DNA of 63,627 bases, counting the filler, from Choristocarpus tenellus KU-1152 (lineage: Eukaryota > Protista > Phaeophyceae): the NCBI GenBank assembly GCA_964200185.2. It is 9 parts of 9 records of this genome, joined end to end, with 100 filler letters (N's around TTAATTAATTAA, not from the genome) between each part and the next. Parts side by side here need not be neighbours in the genome. Positions count along the whole stretch, not along the records: positions 36,957 to 59,036 come from CAXNAD020000303.1; positions 59,137 to 63,627 come from CAXNAD020014319.1; 7 more parts are not named here. One strand, written 5' to 3'. Both the position numbers and the translations under genes were made by a program. This document shows positions 51,201-63,627 of the stretch, one piece after another. How positions within the stretch are numbered: position 1 is the first letter of the stretch; every line of letters starts with the position of its first letter. Below the pieces are notes generated by a model, which did no database searches, had not been told where the DNA came from, and was given only the letters and a program-made list of their open reading frames with translations.

Positions 51201-54200
51201 CAACTCAATGTCTCCTCCTCCACCAGCTGATCCCCTGCCATGGGAGCTTTCGCTTACACATGGCCTGGAGCAGAGACGCTCAGCGCGTCGATTCGGCATG
51301 TCTCATGTTAATAGGATTGTCCAGGGGGTGCTTACGGGAGAGAGAGAGCTAGATGTTGAAGGGATCTGTACAGCACTGGCTCTCTGGAAAAGTTTCAAGG
51401 AAGATTTTCAGCAGCGGGTACTATCGACACTGTTTCTCTTAGAGAGAGAGTGCGTTGCGCCAAATTTACTTTGCCAGGTCATCATGAGTGAGTTCACATA
51501 CACAAGTGGCCTTTGCACTCCAAATCAACGCTGGTCTCTTGCCTGCATGCTTTTGGAGGAGAAAATATCTGTGTTTGCCAGACAGGTAGCTAGTCTACCC
51601 TGGGATATCGCCCAAAGGCAACCTTTATCCAAAAGGTTTGTCGGTATCAGGAGTCCTACAAAAAAGGGCAAGGGGGTACAGGGAAGTCAGCACTGGGTCC
51701 AGGATGGCACCAGAAAGGCCACAAAGGGGGGAAAGACACGCTCCCCTGTGTTGATTGCCGAGACCTGGTCTAGAGTCACGACTGAGACCACTCATGGACC
51801 TTGTCAGCCTCATTGTGACTTCCTTGCCAATGATGTTCCAGTCCCACCAGCCCCAGACCACTCGATCTGGGAGGCAATCAATGACTTCGAGGTTGAGGCT
51901 GGGGATGTGGTGGATGATAGGCATCAGGCAGCAGAGGCAGAATTGTTTAGATTCGAGAGTGAGTCAGCAGGTCAGGTGACTGCATGGAGAACTGGAACAG
52001 TATTATTGGCCACAGAGCTTTGTTTGATCATTCTGCAAAGGCATGGATGTGCCCTGAAGTTGCTGGAATCCTTGCACACACTAGTTGGCCTTGAGGAGGT
52101 TTGCAATAGCTTTGTGGATGACGAGGTTGTAGGCGTAGACTGTAGGAGAGAGGGTCAGGGAGCTCCTGTGGGTGAGGGATCTCTACAGAGCACAATAGAT
52201 GCTAGCATTGCTGCCTTGAGGTCTGAAATATCTGTCTTGATAGCCACAAGAGACCTGGGAAACAGTGGGGTCCAGCTTCTTGATGTTGTTCATAATGTAT
52301 GCAATGAACCTCGAGATAGAGGGAGAATTGGGTCCGTATTAGAGGCAGGAGCATCTGACACAGGGGGAAGTAGCAATGGCAACAATTGTGGTCTCCATAA
52401 GGGGGAAGATGGACAAGCACTGCCCTCAGAAGGCCAAGATGGAGTACTTGCTCGGGCATTTTTGCAGTCCCAGTTGTTGTCAGTCTGCCGTATACGTGGG
52501 GTGGTGGCGAGATTAGCAAGGGTCTTCGATCTATGTGAGGGTTTTGTGAGTGCTGCCCAGAAACGTTTTCGGGACCTTAAGCGTCGACGAATTGAGCTTG
52601 AACATCACGCAGTGGAATCAACGGCCACGGCAATACGGCAAACACTCGCAGCTGGAGATGGGAATGCTCTGTGGGATGTACTTCAGAGTGGAGTGGTGGT
52701 GAGCTTGTTCGTGCAAGCCTCCAAAGTTTTTTTTTGCCATCATCACATCAAATGTGAGCTTAATTAATCAGTTAGCCCTGCTCAATGAACTGATCACCGA
52801 CTCTTCCAGGCATTTTTGTTATGTGTCCACGAAGCAACTAGCCAAACTGCACCCATTTCTGCACCCTCTGCTTCTCCTGCTTCCCTTGCTCCTTCCTGTG
52901 GCCATGAATTTTGTCTTGGCCTATGCCAATACATTACCTTGGTTGAGAATACCTTGAAGATTCGGATCCAGGATGTTGAAACCTATGTTGTGGATCCATA
53001 TGTTGCTCTTTCGTGGGGGATGAACGGACTCGAGCTTAGGCTTGTGAGTTCTCTTGCGGCTTGTCTTCTTGCCACCTCCTGTGGAAGCTCTTTGATGTCA
53101 TTATCGGTCATAATCCAAGTCATCTGGGATTGGGCAACTTCTGCTACTAAAGAAAAGGGAGATAGCAAGGGTGGACTGTGTCAACCATCTTCAGCGTGGA
53201 CAGATGAGGCCTATCTCTATCAGCTGTGTAGAGCACTTGCTAATGGAAAAGCAACAGGGGTACCTTGGAAGAGGTATGTGGCATGATAAAGAGTCGAAGC
53301 AAACGAGAGGTACCCAGGTTTTGGCCGTTTTGTATGTTAAGCTACGTTTTTCATCTTTTGCTATTTGCCCTTATTTCTATGGATAAAGCGTTGGGGTTGA
53401 CTTGGGAGCGTTAATTTCCCTATTGTTTGGAAATTTGGACAGAATTCAGAAAGGTTCCTACACACAATTGTACACAACGACCGATTTTGCATATTTGTCA
53501 GGAACCTTAAGAGTACCTCACGTTTACTTTGGGTCACAAACCTTAGAAATTCAAGTGCAAAGTGATGTATGCTGTCTCCTTGGTGACATATTTTTTCAAA
53601 TAGTCCAAATACGCTTTTCTTGTGATGAAGTTCACAGAGGCAAGTTTACTGGGACCCTATCCCCTGTTGCTTGTTGCTCTGAAAATTCCCATTCCGAGAC
53701 AGGTTTGTGTTGCGAATCTATGAAAAAAGGTTGAACCCTCACTTCAAACAGTGAATGAAGTCATGGGCCATGCATCTCAGAAATAGGTGCACAGGGTGCA
53801 ATGAGCTGGAGATATAAAGTCAATTTTCCAGCTTTATACTCAACAACACTTCATTAGTAAGGAGTAGACCAGGAAATACTCAAAGTAATGTCCAGTTCAT
53901 AAGCATAGTGTGCTATGGAGACACTCACAAGAATGCCATCAGGCCTTTCAAGGGCGGATGGATTCAAGGTTGACGCTGGTGTTATTGCATTCTCAGCAAC
54001 ATGGCATTAAGTCTGAGTGTACTACAATCTAACAGCAGGCAAAATGAAGTTTATCAGAGTTGTACTAACTGAGACGTATACATGCTTTGATCATTTTCCA
54101 TTCTTTTCCTTTTTTGTAGTGTAGAAAAGAACGCGCTCTATTGGGCATTTCTGGGGATCCTTTGAATGCAACTACTGTATATACCTCTCAGCCAGTATGA

Positions 54201-56649
54201 CTCTTCAACTACGGTGAAAGAGTTGACCTTTTAAAGAATGTTCAACCCCAAGTGTACTACTCTCTATTACAGCTGAAGTGAGGGGCAGCAATGTAGTGCA
54301 TCACCCGTAAGTTTATGCCCTCCAATTGAAGGGAACTACTGCACTGGTGCTTCAGGCAATGTTGGTCGATCTTTTCAGACTACAAGGAGTGACATGATGG
54401 GAGCAGACTCCACTGCTTCATATTTCCATCAGACACCAAAAATTCTACGTAGTGCCTCACTCTTCCTTCTGATATTCAGAGTATAAAGGGGAGTCTAAAT
54501 CTGTAGAGAGGATTTGGCCTTGACAGGTGTGATGCTGCTTAAACATGCATATATTTGAATATTTCAACAAGGTGGAAGTGTTGCATTAGCCTTAGTTGGA
54601 CTCCAATAGAACAATCATAGAAGCAAGCTGGAGTCTACGCAAATTTCAACACATGCAAGCTGTTGTAACACCATTACACATCCCTGACTACATCCTATTA
54701 GGTTTGCTAGAAAAAAGCTTACCCTGTGTCCTCCACCAACGATGGGGACTTGAATAAAAAGTACGATGAGTCTTTCAGTAGAATGTCTTTCAAGGTTAAG
54801 TTTCCTCTCCCCTATCTACACAGGTTTTCTCTTACCTACTCACTTGATGAAATCAAATATTGGTACTCTGGAGAAAGTCTTGATCTACCACCCCACCCCA
54901 CGTTAAATTCGTTTTTTGTTGCTCTTCACACCGGTGAAGGCTGGTGCATAGTCTACTCCTTGGTCACCTTCACGTCCTCCCAAGCTTGGATGACCTCATT
55001 ACCATGATGGCAGCATTTCAACAACAAGAATACATTACAGCTGAGTGTGCTTCAGAAGGTTGTGCTAATTTGAGGTTTTGGTTTGAGGATATGCCGGGGT
55101 TAGAAGGGAAGTCATTTGATCAGGAAAACGATGTCATCAGAAGTGCCAGGGAGGTCTATCTCGAAACATTCTACGAGGAGGACAGCAAAGGACCAGGCCT
55201 GGAACTGTTGCTGACTCTGTGCACCGTGCCCCTCAATGTCATGAACTACATGTCAAGGGGGATTGATGGTGAGATTAGGGTTGTACTCTACTCTATTTTC
55301 CTTTGCCTTGTATATATTTCATCGTAGAAGTAAACCAAGGCAGGTGTGCAGGTGTCACTGCCAAGAGCTGTTCTTGTCAATTTGATGCTAAACCTTTCAT
55401 TTTAGTACCGGGGGAGCATTTGGCATGCTGTGCTGGAAATGGTCAGGACTACCTCTGCCACTGACATGATTCTTCATGCGCGTACTTGATTAAAATCGTT
55501 TGGAAATTGCCCATGTAGAAAGGTGGATCCTTTGGATGAGGGCCAATCAGTTCTTACGTCGAAATTTCGAGGATTATTGAAGGAGAGCTATTTTGATTAC
55601 ATGTAAAGAGTAGAGAACAAGGTAAGAGTCCTTAACAAGTATGGAATATGTACGCTGCTGTACCTCTTTAGTGTATCTACCTTATATGTCCAATATTGCA
55701 ACCAAGACCCTACAAATGAGGCCCTGGTTTCTACTGAACCCGACCTGTACAGGCAATGTACTCCTGTGTATGTCCCGAAATATATGTTCCAATGGGTTCT
55801 GTTATATCTCCCAACTTTATATCTCCCAACTTTATATCTCCCGCAGTCTGTTGCCCCTATCAACATTCACTCTAAAACACCATGGCAGGCGGGGTACCTT
55901 TCTGTGAAGGGATGTTTAGGGCGTTCATGATGTTTGCAAACAGTGAGGAAGAGGGAGCGTCTGCTGCGGAATGTTGTGGAGGTGTTGATGACATAGGCCG
56001 TGGCCCCTATGTCACCCAGAGACAACTCCAGTCCATCTTAGCATTTGCGGGAATGTCAGAAGAAGAAACTCAGACTGTTTATGAGGAAGCTCTTGAGAAG
56101 GGGAGAGAGGAAGTGGAAAAGGCTATGGCTGGCACAGGAAGAGGTGTTGTTGGGGATGTGCACACAGGGGAGGGGAATGGGGAGGAGAAAAAGGAAGAGA
56201 ATGGGCCGAAGACAGGGGTGGAAAATCCTGAACAAGAGTTGCTGGTAGAGGAAGGTGAAAGAAAAGATGGTGGGAAGATCCAACATGCAGATGAAGAAAG
56301 AGTGGTAGCTGAAGGGATAGAAACTATTGCAGGGGAGGTAAGCACAGAGAGCTTAGGAGTACTGGAAGCAGGGCAAGTGATGAATGGTGAAGGACCAACT
56401 GTGGAGGAGAACACTGAGAGAGGGGATGGCACAGAAACCGTGAAGAAGGTCTCTTTTTCCGCCGTCAGTGCTTCATTGGCAGTATGTGACCTTGTACGAG
56501 CAGGGGCGTTTACCCTCCCAGGTTTTGATACCACTGCTGGCAATATAGATGTGGAGAAGGAAAGGTGTAGTGTCAATGGTCTTCTCAACAATTCGGATTG
56601 CCCTGGAGAAAACGTGTTAAAAACCGATGCTTGTGCTTCAAATGTATAG
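48218..56649 (+). CDS. SPEF2: SPEF2/KPL2/CPC1-like central-pair flagellar protein (~1804 aa); exons 48218-48385, 48617-50833, 51073-52698, 52960-53273, 54940-55268, 55889-56649
   Basis: All six exons join in phase through GT-AG introns (5415 nt). Long N-terminal coiled coil (GIQWFEKNL...ARKDRHYRRHK), then a degenerate adenylate-kinase-like domain GGWLLVNYPRTLLEAKLLENSLSGY typical of SPEF2. Length is similar to SPEF2. Confidence 0.75.
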
Positions 56650-57671
56650 GACTTGGTGGTATATCCTTGGGGCCTCCGATGATGCCACGCGTTTTTTAAT
56701 TGTGGTGCCAAGAAGATGCAGGATTCCATTGAATTTCTTCATAGCAGAACAACATGAATTTTTACCAGCTTTGGAGATGTTGGAATTTTGCAGGATATTT
56801 GTCTGTGGATGACTATGGCACTATGTGTGTGACTTGGGTACATCTAAAATGGTACACAAGTAATCCCTGTTTCAAATAGAGGAGGCAATAGTGTCAGCTA
56901 GATTTTTTTTTGCTAGCTGAAGGTCCAATAGTTTACTCATAATTGCCTGGCACAAAGGCAATTGCGGCATGTTTAGAACAGAGTGAAATGTGTAGCTCTA
57001 CTACTCAGACGACATGGAGCGCGTTTATATTCCATATTTAGAGTTCCATATGAAGTTTATTGTGTACTACAGTGCCTGACCAGCTCATCATAGCAAGTAC
57101 TTTGCCTTTTTGTCGGTTCAATTATACTTTATTTCCTCTTGTTGGCTATTGCGGCATATGCTCTTTATGTGTTCGGTGTTACCATCATCATGAGCTCCCA
57201 CTCATCCTGGTGCAACATGGCCCGACAACATGGCATAAAGTCCAATGCTTGTGTTGGAGGCACTTCATCCAGAAGACTTTTGTATCTCTAGGGTTTTTCT
57301 ATTAAAATGTAGGAGAGAGGCCCTAATCTGCAAACAGCTAAACTTTGCAACAAGGATGTGATGGGATCGCTCATGCCCACTCCACTGTCCATACAGCAAT
57401 GCATCATGTGACGCAAAGGAAACAGTATAGGTAGTAATTGGCCCATGCCATGATCGAGGGGGTAGAATGTATGTACGAGAGTACGAATAGCACCAATACA
57501 TCAGTGAGTGAGTGAGTGAGTGAGTGAGTGTTCTGTATGCTGCGTAAAGACCTGATGATGGGATCCATTTTTCTGCACCAACAATCCTTGCCCCTTTTAA
57601 TGCCAACCATAAATATTACAACTTCATTCTCGTTCTTACTTGAAAGCTCAAAATTGTGCAATGCCACATTT

Positions 57672-57930
57672 GATCCAAAGCATCTTAGAGGGTAGAGCCG
57701 CATCTATTTAGGAGTCAAAATCAAATGTTACAATTTTGATGTAATTTTGGCTATCGTATTTGTTAGGAAGTGTCAATATCTATGTTTCGGACACACCTTT
57801 ACATAATATACACATTTTACCTACTCCGAAACATTTTGGAGTAGGAAAATGTCATAAAAAAACCCATGGGAAGTCAAGACCCAAATGGACAAACAGGGCA
57901 AAACTCGTACCCTCTAAGATACTTTCATTC
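57672..57930. mobile_element. MITE family A, full length, reverse orientation
   Basis: gatccaaagcatcttagagggtag ... taccctctaagatactttcattc; reverse-complement homolog of 26481-26740. Confidence 0.85.
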
Positions 57931-58106
57931 ATTTTCCCCTCATCAACTATGCAATTCCCCTCACATAGATCATGACGTCGCGTCACATGTTTCCAATTTA
58001 CTGAGATGATGTTCAAGCCAAAGAACACATGGACATGCTCCAAATATTCAATTCTTGCCCTGTAACTGAGAAAAGGCTTCTGCTTGCAGTGCATTTGTTT
58101 GCTCTA

Positions 58107-58365
58107 GACCCAAAGCATTTAAGAGGGTAGGAGTTTTGACATGTTTGTCCGTTCGGGGCTTGGCTTCCCACGGGATTTATATGCCCCTTTTCGGTTTTCT
58201 GTGTAAACACAGTTTCCTAAAATGTATACGACTATGAAAAGTGTGTCTGGAGCAAGGATATTGACATTTGCTAACAAGCACCATAGCCAAAATTCCGTCA
58301 AAATCACATCATTGGATTTTGAACCCAAAACGGATGCGACCCTACCCTCATAAATGCCTTGACTC
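58107..58365. mobile_element. MITE family A', full length
   Basis: gacccaaagcatttaagagggtag ... ctaccctcataaatgccttgactc, with exact 3-bp flanks CTA/CTA. Confidence 0.85.
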
Positions 58366-58967
58366 CTATTCAACAGTGTATGATATGCCAAGATGGCGGG
58401 GGAAATCTATTAAGCTATAAGAGAGGTTGCAAGGAGAAGATGTTCCACTACGTAGTATACATGACTTATCAATAGTGTGATACATAAGAATTTTCCAAGC
58501 ATGTTGATGTGAGAACATTTCATTTCGTTCCATGTCCCCTACCCCTCAATCCTGTCTACAATTTTTTGTTATTCACCTTTGGCATGACTTGTGGGTTTGT
58601 TTTCATTTTAATTTACATTTGCTTCAAATCCAAGGTACCAGTGCCTATTTTGAGTGAAGTGCTGCTTCACACAACCTTTCAGAGTTGGAAAAGGGAGGCG
58701 AATGCATGTGTGAAATCTCACTATCAAGACAGTATCTCTCTCCTTGATTGCCTTGGTTGTCTTCTTCACCACAAGGAGTGATTTAACTGCCGTTGTTGGA
58801 CACAACCAGTACTCCTGCGGATATGTTTGTTGCTCCTTGTCACCGAGGGATGGTAGGTATGTTGGAGTAAAAAACATGTATGGGGCTGGAACTCTCAATA
58901 AATGCAACAAGACATATTATATTGTCTAAGACAAATTCACACCATAGAGGAATTTGCTGAAGAAAAT

Positions 58968-59036
58968 AGCTCAAAATATCTGGGGGGGGGGGTGATGGCT
59001 GTCCGTTCAAGGTCCATATTTCCATGTCGCGATTTT
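58968..59036. mobile_element. MITE family B end at contig end
   Basis: agctcaaaatatct(G)n-tgatggctgtccgtt...catgtcgcgatttt is the reverse complement of 23495-23564. Confidence 0.75.
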
Positions 59037-59173
59037 NNNNNNNNNNNNNNNNNNNNNNNNNNNNNNNNNNNNNNNNNNNNTTAATTAATTAANNNNNNNN
59101 NNNNNNNNNNNNNNNNNNNNNNNNNNNNNNNNNNNNGGTGAGCAACACAGGAAGGTGTGTGTGCGTGCGTGTG

Positions 59174-59204
<31 letters not shown>

Positions 59205-59339
59205 CAAGGAGTGTAATGGGAACATCAAGCCAGTACTAAGGCAGCAATCAAATAGCCACAAAAAAAAACACTCAAGAAGACCAGGGGGAAAACCGGTCTT
59301 GAAAATCCCCAGCAAGAACCAAAGTATTGTCTCGCTGAC

Positions 59340-62300
59340 CTTGAAGAAGTGATTGCAGAATTGCCATGGTTGAATGTCTGTTGTGCGGATGTCCTGACTG
59401 TGCAGCGTCCACTTGAGGTCGAAGAAGGGTGATTCTCTGTCATGGTTTTGGACCCACCCTCTGTCCAGGAGGGCTTTCTTAACACATGGGTACCAGCCAG
59501 TCATGACAAACACCTTGGGAATGGGAAGGGACAGGATTCAGGAGACCTCAGGACATCGGGTAGAGGCGTTGTTAGGGTCAGGATAGTGGTGATGAATAAT
59601 AGCAACACCGGAATCAACAGCCAAGTGAATAGACGAGGCAGTGTGCTTCTTTGGGGGTTACATACAGTCCCATTCTCTCTAAGCATAGCTCGTGGTTGCT
59701 TTTTGCAACCCTGCAGCTGGAACGGTTGATGTGGGAGGGATACATGCATAATGCAATGGACGGTGCATACATAAAAGTAACAAGAAATGCTAGGATCAAG
59801 GGAGTGGTTACCAACTTCGTAGAGTCAACTCGCCGAACAATCATCAGTCTGTGGCACACATCTAGTATGCAAATGTGTCAACGGCATCATGGTGCTGCAT
59901 CTTCTAACACAAGTGCACAAGTGCACTAAAATGTTACACTAAAACGGTATGCAGGAGCTACTACTAATTAAAAGGCAGCTAATATAATAATCTACATGTA
60001 CTCCTCAACTGCGTAGTATATATATATATATTTGTACTTCTAAGGATCTTGGGAACACTCAGGTGTAACACATCACGGAACCTAACTAAGAAATGTGTTT
60101 ATCTGGAGTTTGTTATGATGATACCGCATTGCATTACCCTGCTATACACTTCTGAACGTTTATAAAAACACTGCAAAGACCAGAATTTCAGAGGATTTAC
60201 TCAAGAGTAGATGTTCTTATTCGAATGATGAGTCGAGATCTCCTTCTTACCGAGGCAACTTACCCTTCCCACCAACGCGCTTGAAATATATTTGACAAAA
60301 CTGTTCGCTTACAACACCTCAGCAGGGGCACTATCAATCACTACTGCTACAACTGGCACAAAACCCAATGGGTGGAGGAGCCCCAAACAAGTCGCAAGGA
60401 CATTGGTTGCCTGTGAAGCTCAAGCGGTAAAGTCAATGTAGTGCACGAGACTGATTTTTCAGGGCCACATCATGCAATGCTGTCGGATTCACCTTTGTGC
60501 CCACAGCCAAGCCGTGTTTCCTCTTCCAGTCGTTGAAATCACGAGCACTCGGTACGCAGGCGTTTCCCTTCCTCTGTTGGGTTAGTCGTTGAAGGCTAGC
60601 TTGGAGCTCCTCCTCAGTTAGACAGAGCTTTGTGGCGCCTGCATTGTTTTCCACCTGGTTGATTAAGGCCGTGGAGAAGGGATATTGGAGTGGGCTCCTC
60701 CAGCTGTAGTATCAGAGATCACTAGTAGTAGTAGTAGTAGTAGTGTAGATTTAGAGCCATAGTACAACAGGAACTGGTCAGTAAACCTGGGACTGTTCCA
60801 GTGTGTGAAAGGACTTGTGGAGAAACACTCCAGGTATTACAGGGCGTTATGTGAGGTGTTAGCTACCCCACCTCCTTGGAATCAATCACTGCGCACAACA
60901 ACTGGCAATATCCCAGTACATCTTCACTCCTATCTTTGTGTGAGGGGGGCGATTCCTCAACAAGGGATGTGCAAAGGTTCTTGAAACTGCCAGTGACAAG
61001 GAAGGGAGCTCAAGGCTCCCACAGAACTTTACGATGTATATATATATATATATATATATTTGTCAAATATTTTTGCTCCAAACAACTCTCCAGGCGCCAT
61101 AGGACTCTGTAGTAGCAAAGAGGTCGATAGATTGGTTGTGAAATGCTAGCGTTTTTCTCTCCCCGACCTAGAGCACTGCTGAGCACTAGTTTTTTTTATG
61201 GGGTCCCACCCTACCCTTCTGGCTTGCATTTAGGAACTCTTGGTACGATTCACTGTGTGTGGGAAAGACTCAACTGTGTGCCAAACCAGGTCTTCAAAAC
61301 TAAGTCCAGGCACCACGCCCCTGAAAAAGGACAGGCACCATTTACAACAGCAGTACTTGGGTCTTCGAAAGCTCTACCCCGTTTTTCTTCTTGTCATCAT
61401 GGATTTGCGCCCCAAGAATGTTTTTTTTATACCTCTTTGCTGCCCTCCGTTACGCATTTCCTAAGTCTTTCCCTTTCAGCCTCCTTTGCCTCCTTCATTC
61501 TGGCGGCCAGCATAGCCATCTTGCTCCTCAGAATCTGCACTCGTCTCATCTTGCGCCTCTGTTCAGCTTCCTCCTGACGTATCATTGGCGCGGCACCATG
61601 TCGTTGATGGAGGGGGCGGGGACGTCGTTGTATTTGTTTTGTTTTGTTTTGTTTTGTTTTGTTTTGTTTTATTGGAGAAGTAGAATAGTTTTTTCTTGTT
61701 TGGAAAGGGACACAAGCACTTGTTAGGATATACTACGGTATGAAGTATTCCGGACATGGATCTTTGAAATAATGCATTTCAATACACACACACACACATT
61801 AATTTGAAATTGTGAGAGGAATGCAAGGGGGTAAGAGATGTGATCTACCCCACCCCATTTTGGCAGTCTTTAGGATACTCTGGGTGTTGGAGGTTGAAAA
61901 CATAGGAAAGATGCACCTTGTATACTCAGCATATTCTTCATAGTACCCCAAATCTTACGCACACATGCATATGTATCTATGTCTACCTGGGTCCAAAGGC
62001 TCAGGGCAGACTCATCATAAATCGCCCCTTGGATGCCGCAATATCGGAAGGGATCTAAACATCACACAATTTATTGAAACCTAAGTCGTGTCAAGCTTTC
62101 TCCACCTGAAATCTTGCTTTAGGAGCATGGTCCTGCCCTTTATCTATATATAGAAAGTAGTCTGTCCATTCAGCTGAGGCACAACAAAGTGCATGAAACG
62201 TCACTGCTCCGTATATGTCCATGACACGCTCGGCCTGTTGAATGCCACACTCTCATTGGTCCTGCATGAGGTGCTTCAAAGCATGCCTCTAATGACTTCA

Positions 62301-63035
62301 CTACACTGCAACTATAGTATTTGTCAACCGTACACCTATAACAACAACACTGATGACAATAATAATAGGAATAATAATAATAACAATAATAACGATAATA
62401 AATATGATGATAATAATGACAACAACAACAACAACAACAACAATAATAATAATGATAATAGTAATAAAGATAAAAATAACAATAACATGATTTTAGTATA
62501 TGTAGATATATTTCTACTTCGTAATACTTCTATATATATGTGTATGTATATGTATACTTCAAAAGTATTTTTCAAGGGCTTTGCAACGTCCCCTCAAACC
62601 ACCCACTCACACTTCAAGCGGATGTTACCTTCAACATGCAAGAACAAACGTCCCACGAATATCAGATTCTTCGAGATAGGTCACCTTCGAGGTATACCTT
62701 CCTTGGAAGGTGGCTCTCACATACATGTATACTTCAAAAAAGTAAATTTCAGTCTAGGGTAAGGGCACACGGTACGAAGGGAGCAACACTTTTGACCAAA
62801 AAAGGGCACGATAGAGCATCTATCTAACAACCATTGTCCTTAGCCATTGCCGCGCATTTGCTTCCACTCACCTCATCTTCCTTTTTCTTATTCCGTGCCC
62901 TGAGGTCATCCAGGTGCTGTACTGCCTTCTGTGTTGCATGTTTTACCATTGCCAAGCGCTGTCTGCGTTCTTCCCTTTCACTCTCTTCCCGTAACTTGAG
63001 TTCCTCCACCGTCTCTACTGGCTCGGCATCCTCTG
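59340..63035 (-). CDS. TTLL3: TTLL3/8-type tubulin glycylase, internal exons ~63035-62872, 61573-61433, 60654-60493, 59513-59340 (truncated by contig ends)
   Basis: ARDFNDWKRKHGLAVGTK|VFVMTGWYPCVKKALLDRGWVQNHDRESPFFDLKWTLHSQDI...QFCNHFFK matches the N-terminal part of the TTLL3 glycylase domain. It is preceded by charged coiled-coil exons. Confidence 0.8.
62338..62490. repeat. (AAT/AAC)n microsatellite; related simple repeats at 22050-22160 (ATT) and 63125-63240 (AATCGG)
   Basis: Directly visible. Confidence 0.9.
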
Positions 63036-63627
63036 CACTGCCCCTGGGCTCCCTCCCGTCAACGGTAGCAATTTTTTTTTTTAAGTTAATAATAAATCAT
63101 TTTCTTTTCAATTTTAAATTAAATCGGAATAGTAATCGGAATGATATAATCGGAATCGGAATCGGAATCGTAGTAATAATCGTAGTAGTAATGAGAATGG
63201 CAATCGGAATTACTAATCGGAATAATAATCGGATGTATCCAAAGAGTAAACAAATATCGCAAATATGACGTATCATTGTCATAAACATAGTAAGTACAAC
63301 AACAACAATAATAATAATAATAATGGTATTAATAATAATAATAATAGTATTAATAATGTATTGGTGAGGATTATCGGATTAGAGTCAAAGCAACCACGGG
63401 AGAAAGGGTGTGTGTATTATGACCAATTTTTCAACCTCGTTTGAAAGAAGATGAGGACATCAAAAAAAGGGGCGTTGATAAGGATAACCTGCTTCTCCAA
63501 ACTGAAAACGTGACTCATAAAACAGTAAAAATGCACTCCACACCAGCTGCACACCTTGTGCAAAAAAAAAAAATCCTCACCAGAAAGTAAGAGGGGGTTC
63601 ACTAATATTCAGTGGCACTCCCCCCTC

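Noticed and set aside
56079-56729. 216-aa Ser/Pro-rich minus-strand ORF (also 40707-41459 and 14556-14783)
   Set aside because: These are antisense shadows of real exons (SPEF2-like last exon, DUF4795-like last exons, shikimate kinase last exon).
62193-62762. 189-aa Asn-rich ORF
   Set aside because: It results from an (AAT/AAC)n microsatellite within a TTLL3 intron.

Overview
Eukaryotic, intron-rich, repeat-rich nuclear DNA, most likely from a photosynthetic stramenopile such as a brown alga. The basis for that is a bipartite plastid presequence with an ASAFAP-type motif, TTAGGG repeats and long TE-filled introns. The window is not continuous: it is nine contigs joined by an artificial 100-bp spacer (N44-TTAATTAATTAA-N44). 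Three spliced genes can be reconstructed completely: a plastid shikimate kinase (5 exons), a ~1800-aa SPEF2/CPC1-like central-pair protein (6 exons) and a ~960-aa coiled-coil DUF4795/QRICH2-like protein (9 exons, two probable GC-AG introns). The last two sit head-to-head about 330 bp apart. Partial genes are a divergent LC8 dynein light chain, two TTLL tubulin-modifying enzymes, an IRC3-like SF2 helicase, a USP deubiquitinase C-terminus and an EF-hand exon. The intergenic and intronic space holds decayed Ty3/Gypsy, probable Penelope-like and RTE remnants, and a (TAA)n-tailed SINE-like repeat. The most striking non-coding feature is a high-copy set of MITE families sharing the terminus GAGTCAAAG(T/C)AT with 3-bp target duplications; they nest in each other and lie at most contig breaks. 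I found no convincing wholly new multi-gene system. The best leads are the MITE system, the bidirectional ciliary gene pair and the GC-AG introns. All homology calls are from motif recognition, not database searches.
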